The notes under the pieces were generated by a model that was not told where the DNA came from, ran no database searches, and worked only from the letters and a program-made list of their open reading frames with translations. DNA of 64,000 nucleotides from Schmidtea polychroa (taxonomy: Eukaryota). Each line of letters opens with the position of its first letter. The stretch's first letter is position 1. Below are positions 13,530-27,605 of the stretch, one piece after another. Made by a program: the position numbers and the translations under genes. The stretch lies in contig CM097885.1 in assembly GCA_044892525.1 (NCBI GenBank), positions 44,518,001-44,582,000 of the forward strand, read 5' to 3'.

Positions 13530-15323
13530 TATGTCAAGTAAGTTAAGGAAGCGTATTTCTATGGGACTTCATAAATTGCATCGCTACAACGAGAATATCG
13601 TTATTACTAGAATTTATTATAAAAATTGACTATGCATTGATCTAATAATAAAAGAATTTTTTGTTTTTTTTAATCATTTTTTATTCAAATCTGTAAGAAA
13701 TCTATTGTGAATTATTCTAGTCACCCGTACATTCTTATTATTATGGTATTTAACTGGAATTTCTTTGAGATTTTTGAAGCATCTAGGATTTTGTATTTCC
13801 CTATGAATATTATTTTTTCTTTTTAGTTCCATCGATTCGAAGTAATATTCACACAACTACAACATAAATATATAGTAATTTTCGATTTCTTCTTTTTCCC
13901 ACCAAATGATTTTTCTTTTGTTGTGACATAACTAGGTTCTGGTAACAATTTATAAAATAAAGCAGTCTCGTCCATATTATAGATCGTTGAAAAATTATAC
14001 TCTTACAAAAAAAGGGAAAAAATCTTTTTGAAGCCACTCATCTATCATACATCTTATAATTTTTAATGTTGTATCTTTTAATAAATCCATAAAAACAACC
14101 AGATGATGATTTAATGTCATTTATATTCAGCTTTTTAGTTATTTCTATAACATTTTGCTGGATCGTTTCGTGTTACAAGGGAATATTTTAAAACTCATGT
14201 TGTTTTATCTATTTGTATAATCCCTCTAAATTAGCATATTTTTTCTTTTCTTAACTAAAATTTCCCATTTTGTTTTTGATCGTTTTCAGTGTGTTCTGTA
14301 ACATTGTCTTTATTCTTAAATATCGTTGATACAGTACTTAGTGGTAGGTCGAGTCTTTCAGCGATGTCTTTGATATTCATTGTCTGTGAAATAAATTCAG
14401 AAATTAGTTTTCTTAATTATACTCTCAATTCATCTCCTTTTGCTTGTCATTAACGGTTTTAAGTATAAAAATATAATACAAAAAATTGTTTGGAATGAAT
14501 AGAAAATTAGCGATAAATGCTTTTAAAAATAAAATTTTTTTATTGTTATCAGATATCATAATAATAAGAATTTTACTTGAATTAAAAATTTAATAATTTT
14601 AATCTTTAGAAAGAAAATATTGTTATAAAAAGTATTTGGTATTATACATATATATTTACATTCTTATTTTAAAGTTTATATATCGAGATATTAAATAAAT
14701 TAACTAATTATTTCCTGTTTTTTACCTTTTATTTCACTTTTTCCATACATTCCACAGGTCGCAGTTTGCCCATGGTTTAAAATGTACCAAATAAATTATT
14801 CAAGTAAATTGCATCAAAGAAATAAGCTATTCTAGTGAATTGTTAGGAATATATAAAATATTCAAATAATTATAAAAATGTTATACGGTACGGTTAATCG
14901 GTTCTGGAATTTAGCCGTACTATTTGAAACCGGACTATTCGAGGCATTCTGGTGCTAATAAATTTACGGCTTAGTATTTTGTTATGTATTTTTATTTTTC
15001 TGATATTCAAGAGCAAAACAAGCATATTTAACACAGTTGTACATTTAAATATATATTTATTTAAATTTATAAGCCGGCAATACCAATTCATTGCAACTAA
15101 ATAAAAAAAAAGAATTTATTTCACTTTAAAAATATTAAAAATAGCTGATGAAAAACAAGTAAATAATAACGAATAAATTCTAAAAAATTAATTTAAAAAA
15201 ACTTTTTTAAATTTCGAAAATTTTATTTAATCATTTTAAAAACAATCATATTTTGAAAATTTCAAAACCGTACTTTAGAGAAACCGTACAGATCGAAACC
15301 GTACTATGCGAGGTATTCCTGTA
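13530..15323 (-). mobile_element. Degenerate pogo/Tigger element (DDE_1 transposase) with one TIR
   Basis: IYNMDETALFYKLLP and NPRCFKN..PVKYHNNK on the minus strand; TIR reads tacaggaatacctcgcatagtacgg on the minus strand from 15323. Confidence 0.75.
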
Positions 15324-15480
15324 TATTGCATATTGCATCATAGAAATAATTTATTTCAATTAATGACAACATTATTAATGAACCTATAGGTGTGATTGTT
15401 TCTAAAGAATTTGTTTGATATCAGCAGAGCTATCTAGGACCATTGGCAAAATATATTTAAAAAAAATCTAAGTCAGTAAA

Positions 15481-16140
15481 ATGGATTAGGGGCCATTAAA
15501 CAGAAGCGATCATCATATTGCTGCCTATAAACTTCAAATTATTGGTTTTGCAATAACTAACAATAATTGTGCAGTAGCTCATGAATTTGGTGTCAATGAA
15601 AAGCAAGTAAGAGAATGGAATAAAAGGAAAATTAGTTTAAAAAGAAATGCCTAGAGCAATTAAAAGTCTGCCTTACTGGAGTGGTCAAATTTTCCGAACT
15701 TGAAAAAGATCTTAGTGAATTTGTTACTGAATGCCGCCAAAGTGGATATACTGTGACAGGAAATTTTATTAGAAATGTCAAAGGATGAAAAGTACAAAAC
15801 AGAAGAATCAGACAACTGTCTAGCATCTGCAGGTCGGTGTACAAGATTCATAAACAGACATGGTTTTTGTCTTCGGCAACGAACAAATATTGCCCTGGAA
15901 CTTACCCAAAAAATTGAGTCCTTTCAGAGATTTATAATAAAACTTCGAAAATAATACAACTTTGATCTTTCACAGATTGGAAATATGGATGAAACACCAA
16001 TGGCATTTGATCATCCAACAGAACTGCGAATGCTGTTGGTGTAAAATCTGTTCTTATCAAAACAACTAGGCATGATAAATCCCATTTTAGTTGTTTTATC
16101 TTGTTTGGCAAATGGATCTAAGCTTCCACCTGTTATTATT
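15481..16140 (+). pseudogene. pogo/POGK-like transposase fragment
   Basis: YKLQII..A...NN..VAHEFGVNEKQVREW, GRCTRFINRHGF, IGNMDETPMAFD, LANGSKLPP. Confidence 0.75.
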
Positions 16141-16285
16141 ATTTTTTAGTTTATGTTTTCTTTTAACTTTAAATTTCCTACCCTGGCTTTTTCAAGAGTT
16201 ATTTTAAAGATCTTATAGTCAACACTAAATCAAAGAAGATTTTTTATGTTTGTGGTACAAAAATAATTTTTCAGAAAATGAGAAG

Positions 16286-17026
16286 TACCGTATTAGCCCG
16301 AATATAACGCGGAAATTTTTAACATTTTATTTTTATTAAATTTTGGTTTATATTAATTTAATTTATTGTCATGAATAAAACCTATGACATAGGTGGGGAA
16401 CCTGCGGCCTTTAGATCGCATGCGGCCTCCGGAGCCTTATCAAAATAAATCTTAATTTATATAAAAACCATGAATTTTGAGGATTTACAAATAAAAATGC
16501 TTGTAGCTACTGAACTGTATATATACCGCACTTTATATATACCGCACTGTACAAGCATCCCGCCGAGTACAAAGAACGAAATATAAAAGTCAATCATTCA
16601 CACACATAAATACAAAACCTATGTAGACGAATAAATAAGATTATTGAGCACTCATTTGTAAAATGATGACTTATTTGCATCAATTTTTCGATTCAGAAAT
16701 AATAAAATTTTCCAGAATATTTCGTAGCTGCATTTTTCAAATCTGGATACTAATTATAAATATTGTTTTAATTACTAACTGTATATAAACAAAAGATTTA
16801 AAATGAAATTAATTAATGTTAAAATACTTTTTGACTGCGGCCTCATTTGAAAACGACAAATTTCAATGTGGCCTATGGAAATAAAAAGGTTCCCCATCCC
16901 TGACCTATGTATTACTTTTAATTACCTAGCCAAACGCTTATCTGATTGAATTTCCCTTAATTTTAATTTTTTTATGAGTATTTTTTTCAAAATTCGGGGT
17001 CGAGTTATATTCGGGCCAATACGGTA
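16286..17026. mobile_element. pogo-type MITE (TA TSD) hosting a nested hAT MITE
   Basis: TIRs taccgtattagcccgaatataac / gttatattcgggccaatacggta. Confidence 0.8.
16388..16902. mobile_element. hAT (Charlie-type) MITE nested in the pogo MITE
   Basis: cataggtggggaacct...aggttccccatccctg; 8-bp TSD acctatga/acctatgt. Confidence 0.75.
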
Positions 17027-17053
17027 GTTTAAAATCAAAAGAATGCCTAATGA

Positions 17054-18421
17054 TCAGCTGTAGTAAAGGGTGAAATTGAACGACAAATTAATAATAAACG
17101 AAAAATATGGCTTTAAACAACAACATACGGTTGTCATAGATGCCGCGTCTGACGTATCGGTAAATCCCGCTTCATGGACATCACATAGGATTGCTGGAAA
17201 ATCACTTGCATTTGTCGATTGAGAAATCTCCGGAAAGTATTCATTAATTACGTGAACTCCTCTGACAGTGGCGAACATGACTGGAACTTTTGGCAAATGT
17301 TCAGTTCTGTGACTGGAAATAATTGACGAACAATACGATAAAGAACGAGATGAGTTTCCGTATTCGCTACTGTAAATCGAGTATCGTTTATCATTGTTGA
17401 CAACTGACGAGTCTGTAAATGCAAGATTTGTTGAAAATGTGTTTTCTTGAGAATTGATTCCCGACGTTGTCGGGTTTGGATCAATGATCGTTGTCGCCGA
17501 ACAGATCCTATCGGGTTTGAGCAAAATAACTAACCTCTTTCTGAAAGACTTGTGGCAAATCACAGTAATAAAAAACGGCAACCAACAATAGAAATTTCTC
17601 AGCCAAACAAATGCGACTGTCATCGAATTTGGAATTGTTGGAATGTATAACCAAACAATGTACGGTCCGACAGTGAGCAGCCAGAAAAAGTGATAAACAA
17701 ACGTACAAATTGAATTGTTGACTTCTTTTTCTATTTGAAATTTTTCTCGTAAATTACTCGCAACGATTTGCGGTTTGGCTTTGCACCAGACTTTAATGAT
17801 GTAAACGTACATGATCAGTACGCACAGTCCGGGTCCACCAATTGTCAGGCAAAACAACGAGATTTTGTAAATAAGATTCTCATTCATCGTTGGGCCACAC
17901 GAAAATTTGTGCACAACATATGTACTGTTTATGGTTTTCGTTATCAAAGGAATAGAAACACAAATACTCAACAGCCACAAACAGAGAGTTGATAAAATAA
18001 TTGCATCAGCATTCAATCCTTTGGCCAGTTTAGTTTTATCATTTAAGTTAGCACGAACAGAAATCAATCTGTCAATCCCAAACATAAACAGAGTCAAAGA
18101 CAGACAAGTATCAACAATTGTAATGCACGTTGATTGGATAATGCAAACGACATCTGGGAATATCCAATATTCATTTATCGATGACACTAATGTTATTATT
18201 TGATTTAAAACAATATCCACAAAGAAAATACAAGAAAGATTTATACATAAACCGAAAAGAGATCGACGATGGAAATTTTTACTCTTGAAAATAATGACAA
18301 TGAATAAAATATTGACAAATAAGCCACCACTGATGCATAATCCTAAACATATTGATCGAATAAATTGAAGCGATTTATCGATTGACGAAAAATTTAAATA
18401 AACACTTGCTGATTCATTCAT
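17054..18421 (-). CDS. Rhodopsin-class (class A) orphan GPCR, apparently single exon
   Basis: 455-aa ORF with seven hydrophobic segments, N-glycosylation sites at the N terminus, WIFPDVVC in ECL1, DRL at the end of TM3, W..S..S.P in TM4, FFWLLTVGPY in TM6, KSFRKRL helix 8. Confidence 0.88.
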   Translation of the reverse strand: MNESASVYLNFSSIDKSLQFIRSICLGLCISGGLFVNILFIVIIFKSKNFHRRSLFGLCINLSCIFFVDIVLNQIITLVSSINEYWIFPDVVCIIQSTCITIVDTCLSLTLFMFGIDRLISVRANLNDKTKLAKGLNADAIILSTLCLWLLSICVSIPLITKTINSTYVVHKFSCGPTMNENLIYKISLFCLTIGGPGLCVLIMYVYIIKVWCKAKPQIVASNLREKFQIEKEVNNSICTFVYHFFWLLTVGPYIVWLYIPTIPNSMTVAFVWLRNFYCWLPFFITVICHKSFRKRLVILLKPDRICSATTIIDPNPTTSGINSQENTFSTNLAFTDSSVVNNDKRYSIYSSEYGNSSRSLSYCSSIISSHRTEHLPKVPVMFATVRGVHVINEYFPEISQSTNASDFPAILCDVHEAGFTDTSDAASMTTVCCCLKPYFSFIINLSFNFTLYYS

Positions 18422-19499
18422 TTATTAATCTATAATTAAAAATTAAATGTATTAATTGGAAAAATAAATTTTAATCAATTATTACTAAAAATTTTATATA
18501 TTATAATTTGAAATTATTAAAAATTGGTTAATGATAATATATTACTTGAAAATTATATTAAAGTTGTTAAATTAATTTGTCTGCTCAATAAATCATTAGA
18601 AATAAGATCTAAATACATTATTAAAACAAATGTATTTTTAAATGAATTATTTATATTTCCATCAATTTTATTTAAATCATGTCTATAAATTAGTGAGAAA
18701 TATAAATATTAACTTGTGTTAATTGACGATATTTTTATCAATAATTTAAATAAAATAATCAATTAATACATATTTGTTTAAAATTAAGAATTAATATTGT
18801 AATTTATTGTTTAAATCAAGCATGAAAATTAATGCTAAACATATGCAATGTACGATGACTTGTTAAAAAGTTTTTACTTCAAAATTTGATGAATGTAAAG
18901 TTCTACTTTGAAATCTTTAAGTTCTTATTTTGAGAAATACATTCTTTACAAGGACTTATTAATGCATAATAAAATTATTTCTAAATCATTCTTACATCTT
19001 TATATGCATGACACAAAAATGTCAAAAATAGACATAAACAAATCTGAAAAAAACGTTGGTAAAATTATCGATAAAAACCGCAGTAACCTCTAGTTATCAA
19101 ATATATCGCGAGAAGGTAGCTAAGCCTAAATAAATTATTGTGAATTAGCACAAGACAGCAATGTTTTGCCAAAAGACCCAATATATTACAACATTCAACA
19201 GCTGAAAGATCAAGAATTAGGCGGGGAATTTTTTACATGTTGAACGTTTTAGGTGATACAAAACACTCTATCTTAGCTAGAAAAATGAGTACATAGTCAA
19301 CACATCTGCGCCCTTATTTAAATGGGTGGTGTAAGGATCAGAATTTGAGGAAAGGTTATATTTAAAAATCACTGTAATAGTCCAAGTTAAATTAGGTTGT
19401 GTTAATTTGCGTTAATTTATGACAGGAAATGAAGGTATAAAAAGTTAATGGGCGATGTAAATTTCAAAATATAATGTTAAATAATATTTGAAATGGTCT

Positions 19500-20610
19500 A
19501 CTATATATAGTATCGACACCAGAACGACTCTTTGTCCAGTTGTATATTCACACGTTTTTGAATGTTCATCTTCTTTTCCTCGGTAATATCTCCAATGATA
19601 CTTGAACAACCCTTTCAACGGGGTTGTGTCCAGACTGATGCCATCTCTAGGTGCGGCGTTGTACCAGAAGACGATATCTCGGGAATCAGCATGACACTTT
19701 ATTGTCCGGTGGTTTCTTACTACGATCCCATTTCAAACGGCCCGATAAGCGCATCTGTAGGTTAGTTTAACATTCCATCTACAACATAGCTCTCTGATAC
19801 AATTAAATTGAAAACTTGCCCCATTATCCATCAATAGTTCTGATACTGGGCCTCTCATTTGGAATACTTCCTCCAAATTTCTTACAATGTTCACCGCGTT
19901 CTCCCGATCTATTTATTAAACGATTTACCATGATGCATGATCCCCAAACGGATATTCTGCATTGGATCTCTTCTTCGCAAGGCACTCTATGACAGGCATG
20001 ACGTCCTTGGTTTCGCCTCTACGTCTCGCAATCCTGCTGGATGCAATCGTTTGGGAGCATCCAGAATCGACTAATCCAACGCACCACTTTCCGTTCACCT
20101 TGAGCTTTACTATCACCTGCGCCATTCCCGACAATATTGAGAAACCGCTGGAACTACAGTTTCTCTTCTGGCGTTTTCCTGCGATCTTTTTGGACATTAT
20201 CTGGATGAGTGCCCTGTGTTCCCGCATGTGCAACATTCTTGCAGAGGACATTTCTTTACGTAGTGACCAGATCTCCCACAGCCGTAACCGAGTCTACTTT
20301 CCATTCTGGTATTGTTAGACGATGTCTTCGACGCGACTAGTCCGGTTGACTCGGAATGTTCTGATGAATAGCCACCAATTTGAATTTCTTCAACCATTTC
20401 GAGAATTCACCTATTCCATCAAATGGCTTTATAAATTTTTGAAATTCCATCGCCACGATAGCTTGTTGAATAAGCGACAAAATATATGAGATCAGAAGCA
20501 CACCGTTTATTTAATTAAAAACAGACATTATTATTGCGATCTAAATTACCGCAACGTAATATGATATCGAGAAGAACTATTGCACAACAGTTTCGTCATT
20601 CGACACTGTT
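19500..20610 (-). mobile_element. Truncated gypsy-type fragment (LTR-like end, gag zinc knuckles, protease)
   Basis: YGCGRSGHYVKKC, CCTCGNTGH, GLVDSGCSQT; LTR-like segment ending ...ttcaaca at ~20465 upstream of gag. Confidence 0.7.
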
Positions 20611-20992
20611 ATGCAGCAGTGTCGCAGTATTTTCTTTCACACTTTTTTTTCACCCTTACTACACCTATTTTAACCCTTAACTCACCCTATAAATCGAGCT
20701 TTCCCTTAATATTTGTCCCTTAAATGAACCTTTTGGCTTTAAATCAACTTCAATGACGTTAAATAACCATAACAGTGGGGTATTGACGCAAACCTGGCAT
20801 GATATCCCATTACTTATTGATTTAAAAAGTTTACAATAATTTATTCAACATTTATATTTTTGGTGTTAATTATAATATTTATTATTTACACGTTTCCAAT
20901 GAAATTAGTGTTTATATTAAATATACACAGTATTAATATTAATAAATGCTTTCCTTATTGCAGCATCAATTCACAATATTCAAGTTTATTAA

Positions 20993-21234
20993 CCCTTTAA
21001 GGGCGACGGGTTCAAAATTTTTTATTCCCCCAAAGGTGAAATTTTGCCATAAAAAATGAATTTTTCCTAAATTGACGTATAATTAAAAATATGGCTATTT
21101 TGAAAACTATTACAAGCTGTAGAATATATTGGTGCAAACTAGAAGTTTTTGGCATTTAGTGGACTAGAGTCGAATTTCGCCCTCAAGACCAAAATAAAGT
21201 TGTGCGACTGCAGTCACACGGCGCCCTCAAAGGG
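20993..21234. mobile_element. piggyBac MITE
   Basis: ttaa|ccctttaagggcgacg...cggcgccctcaaaggg|ttaa. Confidence 0.85.
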
Positions 21235-21749
21235 TTAAAAACAAAAATGAGAAATAATCCTATTTTATCTGCTTAAGAAAATAAATTGAATGTGAATTTG
21301 AAGTTTTCGATATTTATAGTGATTTTACAATTTACAATTATTGTTGCAGCACTTTAGATTGTATACCCTTTAGTGCCCAAATATGTATTTAACTAAAAAA
21401 ATTAAATTTTAATCATTATTTATTCTTTACGTTTAGGTATTTTTAGCTATTATAATTGTTAAGCATGGAATAAATATTACATTATAGTAATAGATCAACT
21501 TCTTGTTTTATCCTAATGGATTTATAATATTTTAATTGAATGTGAATTTGATGGTTGCAATCTTTTTAATTAAATAAACCTCATTTTTGAATGGATGTTG
21601 ATTTAATTTTAAAATTAAAGTTATTATTAAAAACAATTTTTCTTTTAAATTTTAATATAATTTCCTATATTTTTTAAAACTTTTTATGCAATAATTTTGG
21701 GACAGATTTTTAATTTTATAATCCAAAGTCAATTACAAAATTTGCAAGT

Positions 21750-22140
21750 CTTTTAAAATAACCTTCTGAAATGCATATTCAAGCTGATAACTAACAAAAT
21801 CTTTCAATTTTAATGTCACTGTTGCCGTTTTTATTTAGGATTTTAATGAATGACATGTGTTATCAATCATTTATTTTTCATATTTCTATTACGCTTGTCT
21901 TCTGTATGTACAAAAGTGCTAATCTTTGATGCATAAATGTTCCTTGAAATATGTTTTTATTAGAATCCATATGTTAAGATGTCTACTTCGGTTTTCATTT
22001 TCAGCTCTAAGAGCTTAAAAAATCTGTCTTCTTTCGAATATTCAATTTCGAATTTGACATCTTGATGGACTTTGTTGAATATGTCATCTACAAATCTTGT
22101 GTAGCAACCAATGAATTGTAAATTCGATTTGCTAGGATAT
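21750..22140 (-). pseudogene. Old Penelope-type RT fragment
   Basis: Minus-strand YTRFVDDIF-NKVHQDVKFEIE. Confidence 0.55.
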
Positions 22141-23142
22141 TACAATAAATGAGGAAAGATGAGTAATTCATTTACAAAAGATCCGTAATAAATGAATATT
22201 TGAACACTGTCATTTTTGCAATATGTTATTAAGATAGGTATGCAAAATAATAATAAATTTTTTATAAATAAATTCTTTAAATGTATTAGAAATTTTATTT
22301 ATATACTTCATATTCAACTGATATCCGGCCGTTATTGAAAGACTTCATTTTATTTCATGTCATTAACTAGAATATTATAAACAAAATAATTATTGGCTAC
22401 AGTACTTTTTGTATTTATTGCATCCATAGTTAAAAATCAAATTATAATTAAATTTTATTAATTCGATAAATTATCTTCTCGATAATATTATTCAAACAAA
22501 ATCTACTGAGGAACATCTTTCAATGCAATAATGTATAAATAAGTAATTCAACAAACCGTATCATTCACACAACTTTAATTAATTTGTTACTTATTAAATT
22601 GTTAAGAAGATTAATTAATTAAATTAATCCATTAAATTACATTTTCACAATAATGATTGACAAATTTTGTTTTTCAGTACATATTTTTAAGAAATAGTTT
22701 TTACAAATTATTTTACAAATTTACAAATAACTTTTGTTTTCTATTTGTGAACTATAAAAAAATAAAGAAAATTTTATTTAGGATTTTTTTTTCTATTATA
22801 TATCTAATTTGATTACATTATTTCAAAATAATGACAATTCTGGTATAAAATTGTGGTATGAAATCGACTTCTTTATTAAGTGACTGGTAAAGTCAGTTAA
22901 TAGCTAAAGTGCACATCACTTCGATGTCTAGTGGAATATTGAAATTGACTGCGTACTTCAAAGACTTGAAAAGCTCAGTTTAAAGCTCTGAAACTAGTTC
23001 AGACACCTGTGATTGAGATTGCTCAGTAGATCTAGGCTACGATTGCAGTCATTCAATCGTGAAAACACCAGTTCAGTTGCACGATACAGTGCAGTGAGCT
23101 AAATCAATGAGTTTCTGCACAACTATGATAACAACGGAACCG

Positions 23143-23192
23143 TGACATCAAGGCCAATATAATGATGGTTCAGCGTGGTCGGTCAGTCAGTT
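23143..23192 (+). promoter_or_regulatory. Putative core promoter of the EGR-like gene
   Basis: CRE-like tgacatca (23143), tataa (23158), and tcagt initiator-like motifs ~25-30 nt downstream. Confidence 0.4.
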
Positions 23193-23276
23193 AAATATTC
23201 TATTTAGTATTTGATGAAATTACTTTGAGCACCAAAGATTTTAATCAACAGTGAACAATAAAAGAAAGATTTTTGA

Positions 23277-24607
23277 ATGCTTGATTTAGGAATAGATCAA
23301 ATGTACAATGCTGCAAATGTTTCATGTGTGGCAAAAATAGAAAATGAATGTTTCTCTATTGATACTTCTAAAGAGTGCAAGGATTCAAAATTAAGTCAAA
23401 ATCTTTTCAGTGACCCACTATTTGATTTTCCAGGTTTAATTTTTATTTTTCATTTTTATAACTCAAATCTAATTTTATTACTTAAGAATTCAACGGAGAT
23501 GTCTTGTGTGATTATTCTGACATGCTTTTGAATTCGGAAGAAACAAATCCAGAATATACATTTCAACATTCATTTTCAGATGATTCGTCAATACTTTCAT
23601 TCCCAGAGCAAAGAAGTCCTACTGGTAGTTTAAATGATCCTGAAATCAAACTTGAATTACAGAGCAATTCCATGCAGTTCCAGGGTCTGGAAAATCTAAG
23701 AAATTATGAAATCCAGGGAATGAATAATTATTCCACATATTCAAATTACAATAAATTGCCTCCAATTATTTTCCAGCCATTTCTACAAGCATATAATTCC
23801 CTGGTGAACCCTGCAATGGACAGTTGTTACAATTATCCTATCATGACCAATAATTCCAATTTAATGAACCTACCGAGAGACACAATAGTTTATGTGCCAA
23901 CTCCTGTACGAAACCTGCAACCCAATATGTATTTTAACCAGCAGTTTAATATGAATTCAGATAACTACTCACTAGACACCACGTCGAACCTTCAAACAAC
24001 ATCAATTAACACCCCAATGATCTGTCACACAGAAATGTCAAATACCATACCAGTTCTCGATATAAGTCAACAATCCTCAATCAGCGATAAACCTGTTAAA
24101 CCAAAAAAAGTTGTACAAACCGAAAAGACATTTTGTTGCTCAACGTGTGACGTAAAATTCACGAGGCGAGATGAATTGCGTCGTCATGAAAAAATACACA
24201 GCGGTGAAAAACCACTCTCCTGTCCGTATTGTGATAAATGTTTCATTAGGTCTGACCACAGAAAAACCCATATTCGAACGCATACAGGAGAAAAACCATA
24301 TGCCTGCGATATTTGTTTGAAAAGATTTGCCAGGTCCGATGAAAAATTGCGACACACGAAAACCCATTTTCGAGAAAGACCAAGAAGACGAAGACGAAAG
24401 AAGATCAATGAACAAGAATATTTCACTAGCGTTACAATCAACAACGCACTTGAAGATCCATCAATCAACTATAGCAATATTTCAAAAGAACAAATCAATT
24501 ACTATGACGACAGCAATCTTCAACAAAGCTTTTCCGTTCAAAGTTCTGAATACGTTAACGAAACTTCTTTGTCTCCCCTATTTTTAGAACATCTATGGAA
24601 CAATTAA
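23277..24607 (+). CDS. egr-like: EGR/Krox-family triple C2H2 zinc-finger transcription factor; exons 23277-23433 and 23487-24607
   Basis: Finger helices [24 protein letters not shown] match the EGR pattern; a 53-nt GT..AG intron (23434-23486) joins ORF 23277 in frame to ORF 23504. Confidence 0.9.
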
Positions 24608-25410
24608 TTTATTTTCAATGCTTATTAGTACTAGTATTTAAATTGTTTTGAGTTTTTTTGATACAACTCGAATATTTTATTTAATAAATATTTTTTTTTT
24701 ATTTTACAATAAAAAAACTTATCTGAACAAATTTTATGATATTCCACAATAGAGAATTCCACCATTATTATTTTGATGTGTGCTCGCCGACTTATTAGAA
24801 GAAAAATATTTCTGTTACTATATTTGTATTGTCTTATATGCGCCAGGGAAATCAGTCACCGAAATTTTATTTCCAGTAACTTATTATTTATCACTGTAAA
24901 TCGGTTAACCCGAATAAATCATTTCATTTCCAACTGTAAATTATTATTTTCTTTTAATGCTGACACGAATTTTCGGCAGTCTTTTTCAAATGTTTGTAAA
25001 GCAGTTTGTCTAAAATTTGATTAATATTAAGAAAATCGAAAATAAAAACTGATCTATGGAGAACATTTTTTAATAAGTTGAAAAACTTAATGAAAAATGT
25101 ATTTTTTATATTTCATTTCTAAACGACATATTTTTAAATTTTAATATTATATCCAGGGAAAAAAAATCTAGAAAATTATTATTACCATTATTATTTAATT
25201 ATTAAATCGGCTTTTGCACTAAAATTCAATAAAACTAAGCAAAATTTTGAATAATTGTTGATCACGCTATTAAGTTTAATTTTTTATTCAGCCCTCAAAT
25301 AAAAAAGTTAATCATATTTTTATACGGTTCGCTACCGCCAGTTTAATCATTTTTCAAATCGTTTTTGTTGATAACAAGTTTAAACTTGTTGCATGACGAT
25401 TTTTGCACCC

Positions 25411-25520
25411 AAATTACACAAAAACATATAGATTACACACAAACATTCAGATTGCACACAAACATTCAGATTACACACAAACATTCAGATTACATACAAA
25501 CATTCAAATTACACACAAAT
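25411..25520. repeat. 19-bp minisatellite (cagattacacacaaacatt), about 5 copies
   Basis: Direct inspection. Confidence 0.8.
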
Positions 25521-26469
25521 CACACCATAGAAAATGCAAATCTGCAAATGCTTGTGAACTAAAAAAATATTGTAAATGTTTTCGTCAAATAAAAATCAGT
25601 GATTTAAAATTTTTGTTTGTTTCATCTTCATTGTTTATTGTTGAAAATTTATCATATATTATTTTGATTTTTAATTTAAGCGTTGTTATTTGAATTTTAT
25701 TTACAATCAAAGCAATTTGATAGTGGCGTTTTGCATTTCATTAATAGCTGAAAAAACATTACTATTTACAGATATTAATTTTGTACTTTTATTTAAATTT
25801 TAATTTATTTAAAATTTAATTTCTCAAATTATTATCATTGCCAGGATTAGTTTTGAGAATATTTGCAACTGCTAATTATAAAATAAAAAAAACAATAATC
25901 ATAATATACTAACCTGAAGCTCACAGTTAATCTATCGAAATATATTTGAAAATTGTGTTATTTAATAATTTTTTAGTCGAATATATTCATAAAAATAAAT
26001 ATTGTATATTTTTTAGTAAAAGATGTAAAATTTTATGTTTCGTGTAAAAAATTATTAAATCAAAACGGAGTTAATATTTGGCGGTTATTACTCTTGTCAC
26101 AGTTGGTCTTATTTCAACGACTCGAATCGTTTTTTTGCTGGGGACATTTACTATTAATGCTTTCTAATCGATATTGATTAAAGCTTAGTAATTTATTTCT
26201 GCTGACAGTCAATTATCTTTTTCCTTTTATTTTAATTTTTTTGCACTATAATAATTTATATTTACTATTTATATATAATTTATTTTATTTATTACTATAT
26301 TTAGTATATCGTTTATATATAGCAGTTAATTTATACCAATAATATTATATTTATATTTATAGTATTTGTTTTTCTATTTGTAGTATTCATTTATTCCTAT
26401 TATCTATTTATAGTAATTATTTATTTATAATAATTATTATTTACTGATTAGCCCTTATGGCTATTGTTT

Positions 26470-26766
26470 TTATGGAACCTAACCCCAAGAGTATCTTTCA
26501 CTGACATCCTGTACCAACATAGTTTTATATGGATGCATTTGTAGATCCTGATGAAGGGCTGTTCAATCTATATGGGTAAGCTAAAATGAAATAAAATGGC
26601 ATCATATGTACATTTGGGAAAAAAATACTTTTTGTATTATTCAAACAATATAAAATAAAATTCCACCGCATATACAGTTGATAAATAAAAATACTTTTTT
26701 ATTTATTTATTTAATTTGATTTTATTTAAATTTCAATTGTGTCAGATCTTTTTGCCCCACCCTGTA
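26470..26766 (+). mobile_element. Mariner/Tc1 right-end fragment
   Basis: Ends gtgtcagatctttttgccccaccctgta; homologous to 28330-28495. Confidence 0.6.
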
Positions 26767-27605
26767 TAATTTTAAATTAAATTTAAAAATGAAATTCTTT
26801 TGATACACTATTAATACTAATAATTATGTTACCACAATTCAATTGGATATTCATTTGATCGAATGTTTTAATAAATGAATAAGCATATATAAAATTTGGA
26901 CTTTTGCAGCTTGATTGAGAATGACAGCTTAAACTCATTAATATCTCCCAAAACATTTAGTAAATCTGTAACATACGATTGGGTCTGAAAAACATTTTAT
27001 AATTATGACGAATTTTCAAAGAGGTATTTGTTTTAATACTGTGCTTATCCAATAAGATTCGCAAATGTGTATTTCACATAAATTGTAATAATTTTGAAGA
27101 ATAAAATTCCACTTATATCGGCTTTAACTCTATGAACCCCCAAGCATTCATTGTACAAGTACGTTAACCCTGAGCTCCTGAGTAATTTTTGAAAAAAAAT
27201 AATATTTGACCAGAAATCTTATTTCTTTTAGTTTATAATAATTGCACACAAATTATTGAAATAAAAACTTCTTAATGCTTATAAAAATAATATTTCGCGC
27301 TTTAGTAGATTTTGTTGGTTCAGCTTTATTCTTCGGCGTGATGAGGACTAAATAAATATAGGGGGAAAGAAATTTCTATAAAAAATATAATGTTCAAAGA
27401 TTTCATAATCTACATGACATTAAACAGGTACATTAAATCCACTCGCAATATTTTCAGAATGTATGTCAAATATTTTTTCAAATTATTTTATAATTAGCAT
27501 TTTCAAATATTCTCAAAAATAATCATGTCAATGATAATAATTTGAGAAATTTAATTTTAAATAAATTAAAATTTAAATAAAAGTACAAAATTGATAACTG
27601 TAGAT

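Noticed and set aside
17248..18203. Short ORFs overlapping the GPCR (and similar shadow ORFs over pol genes)
   Set aside because: They are alternative-frame or antisense shadows of real coding sequence.
26545..26575. cctgatgaag hammerhead-like start
   Set aside because: No stem II followed by GAAA.
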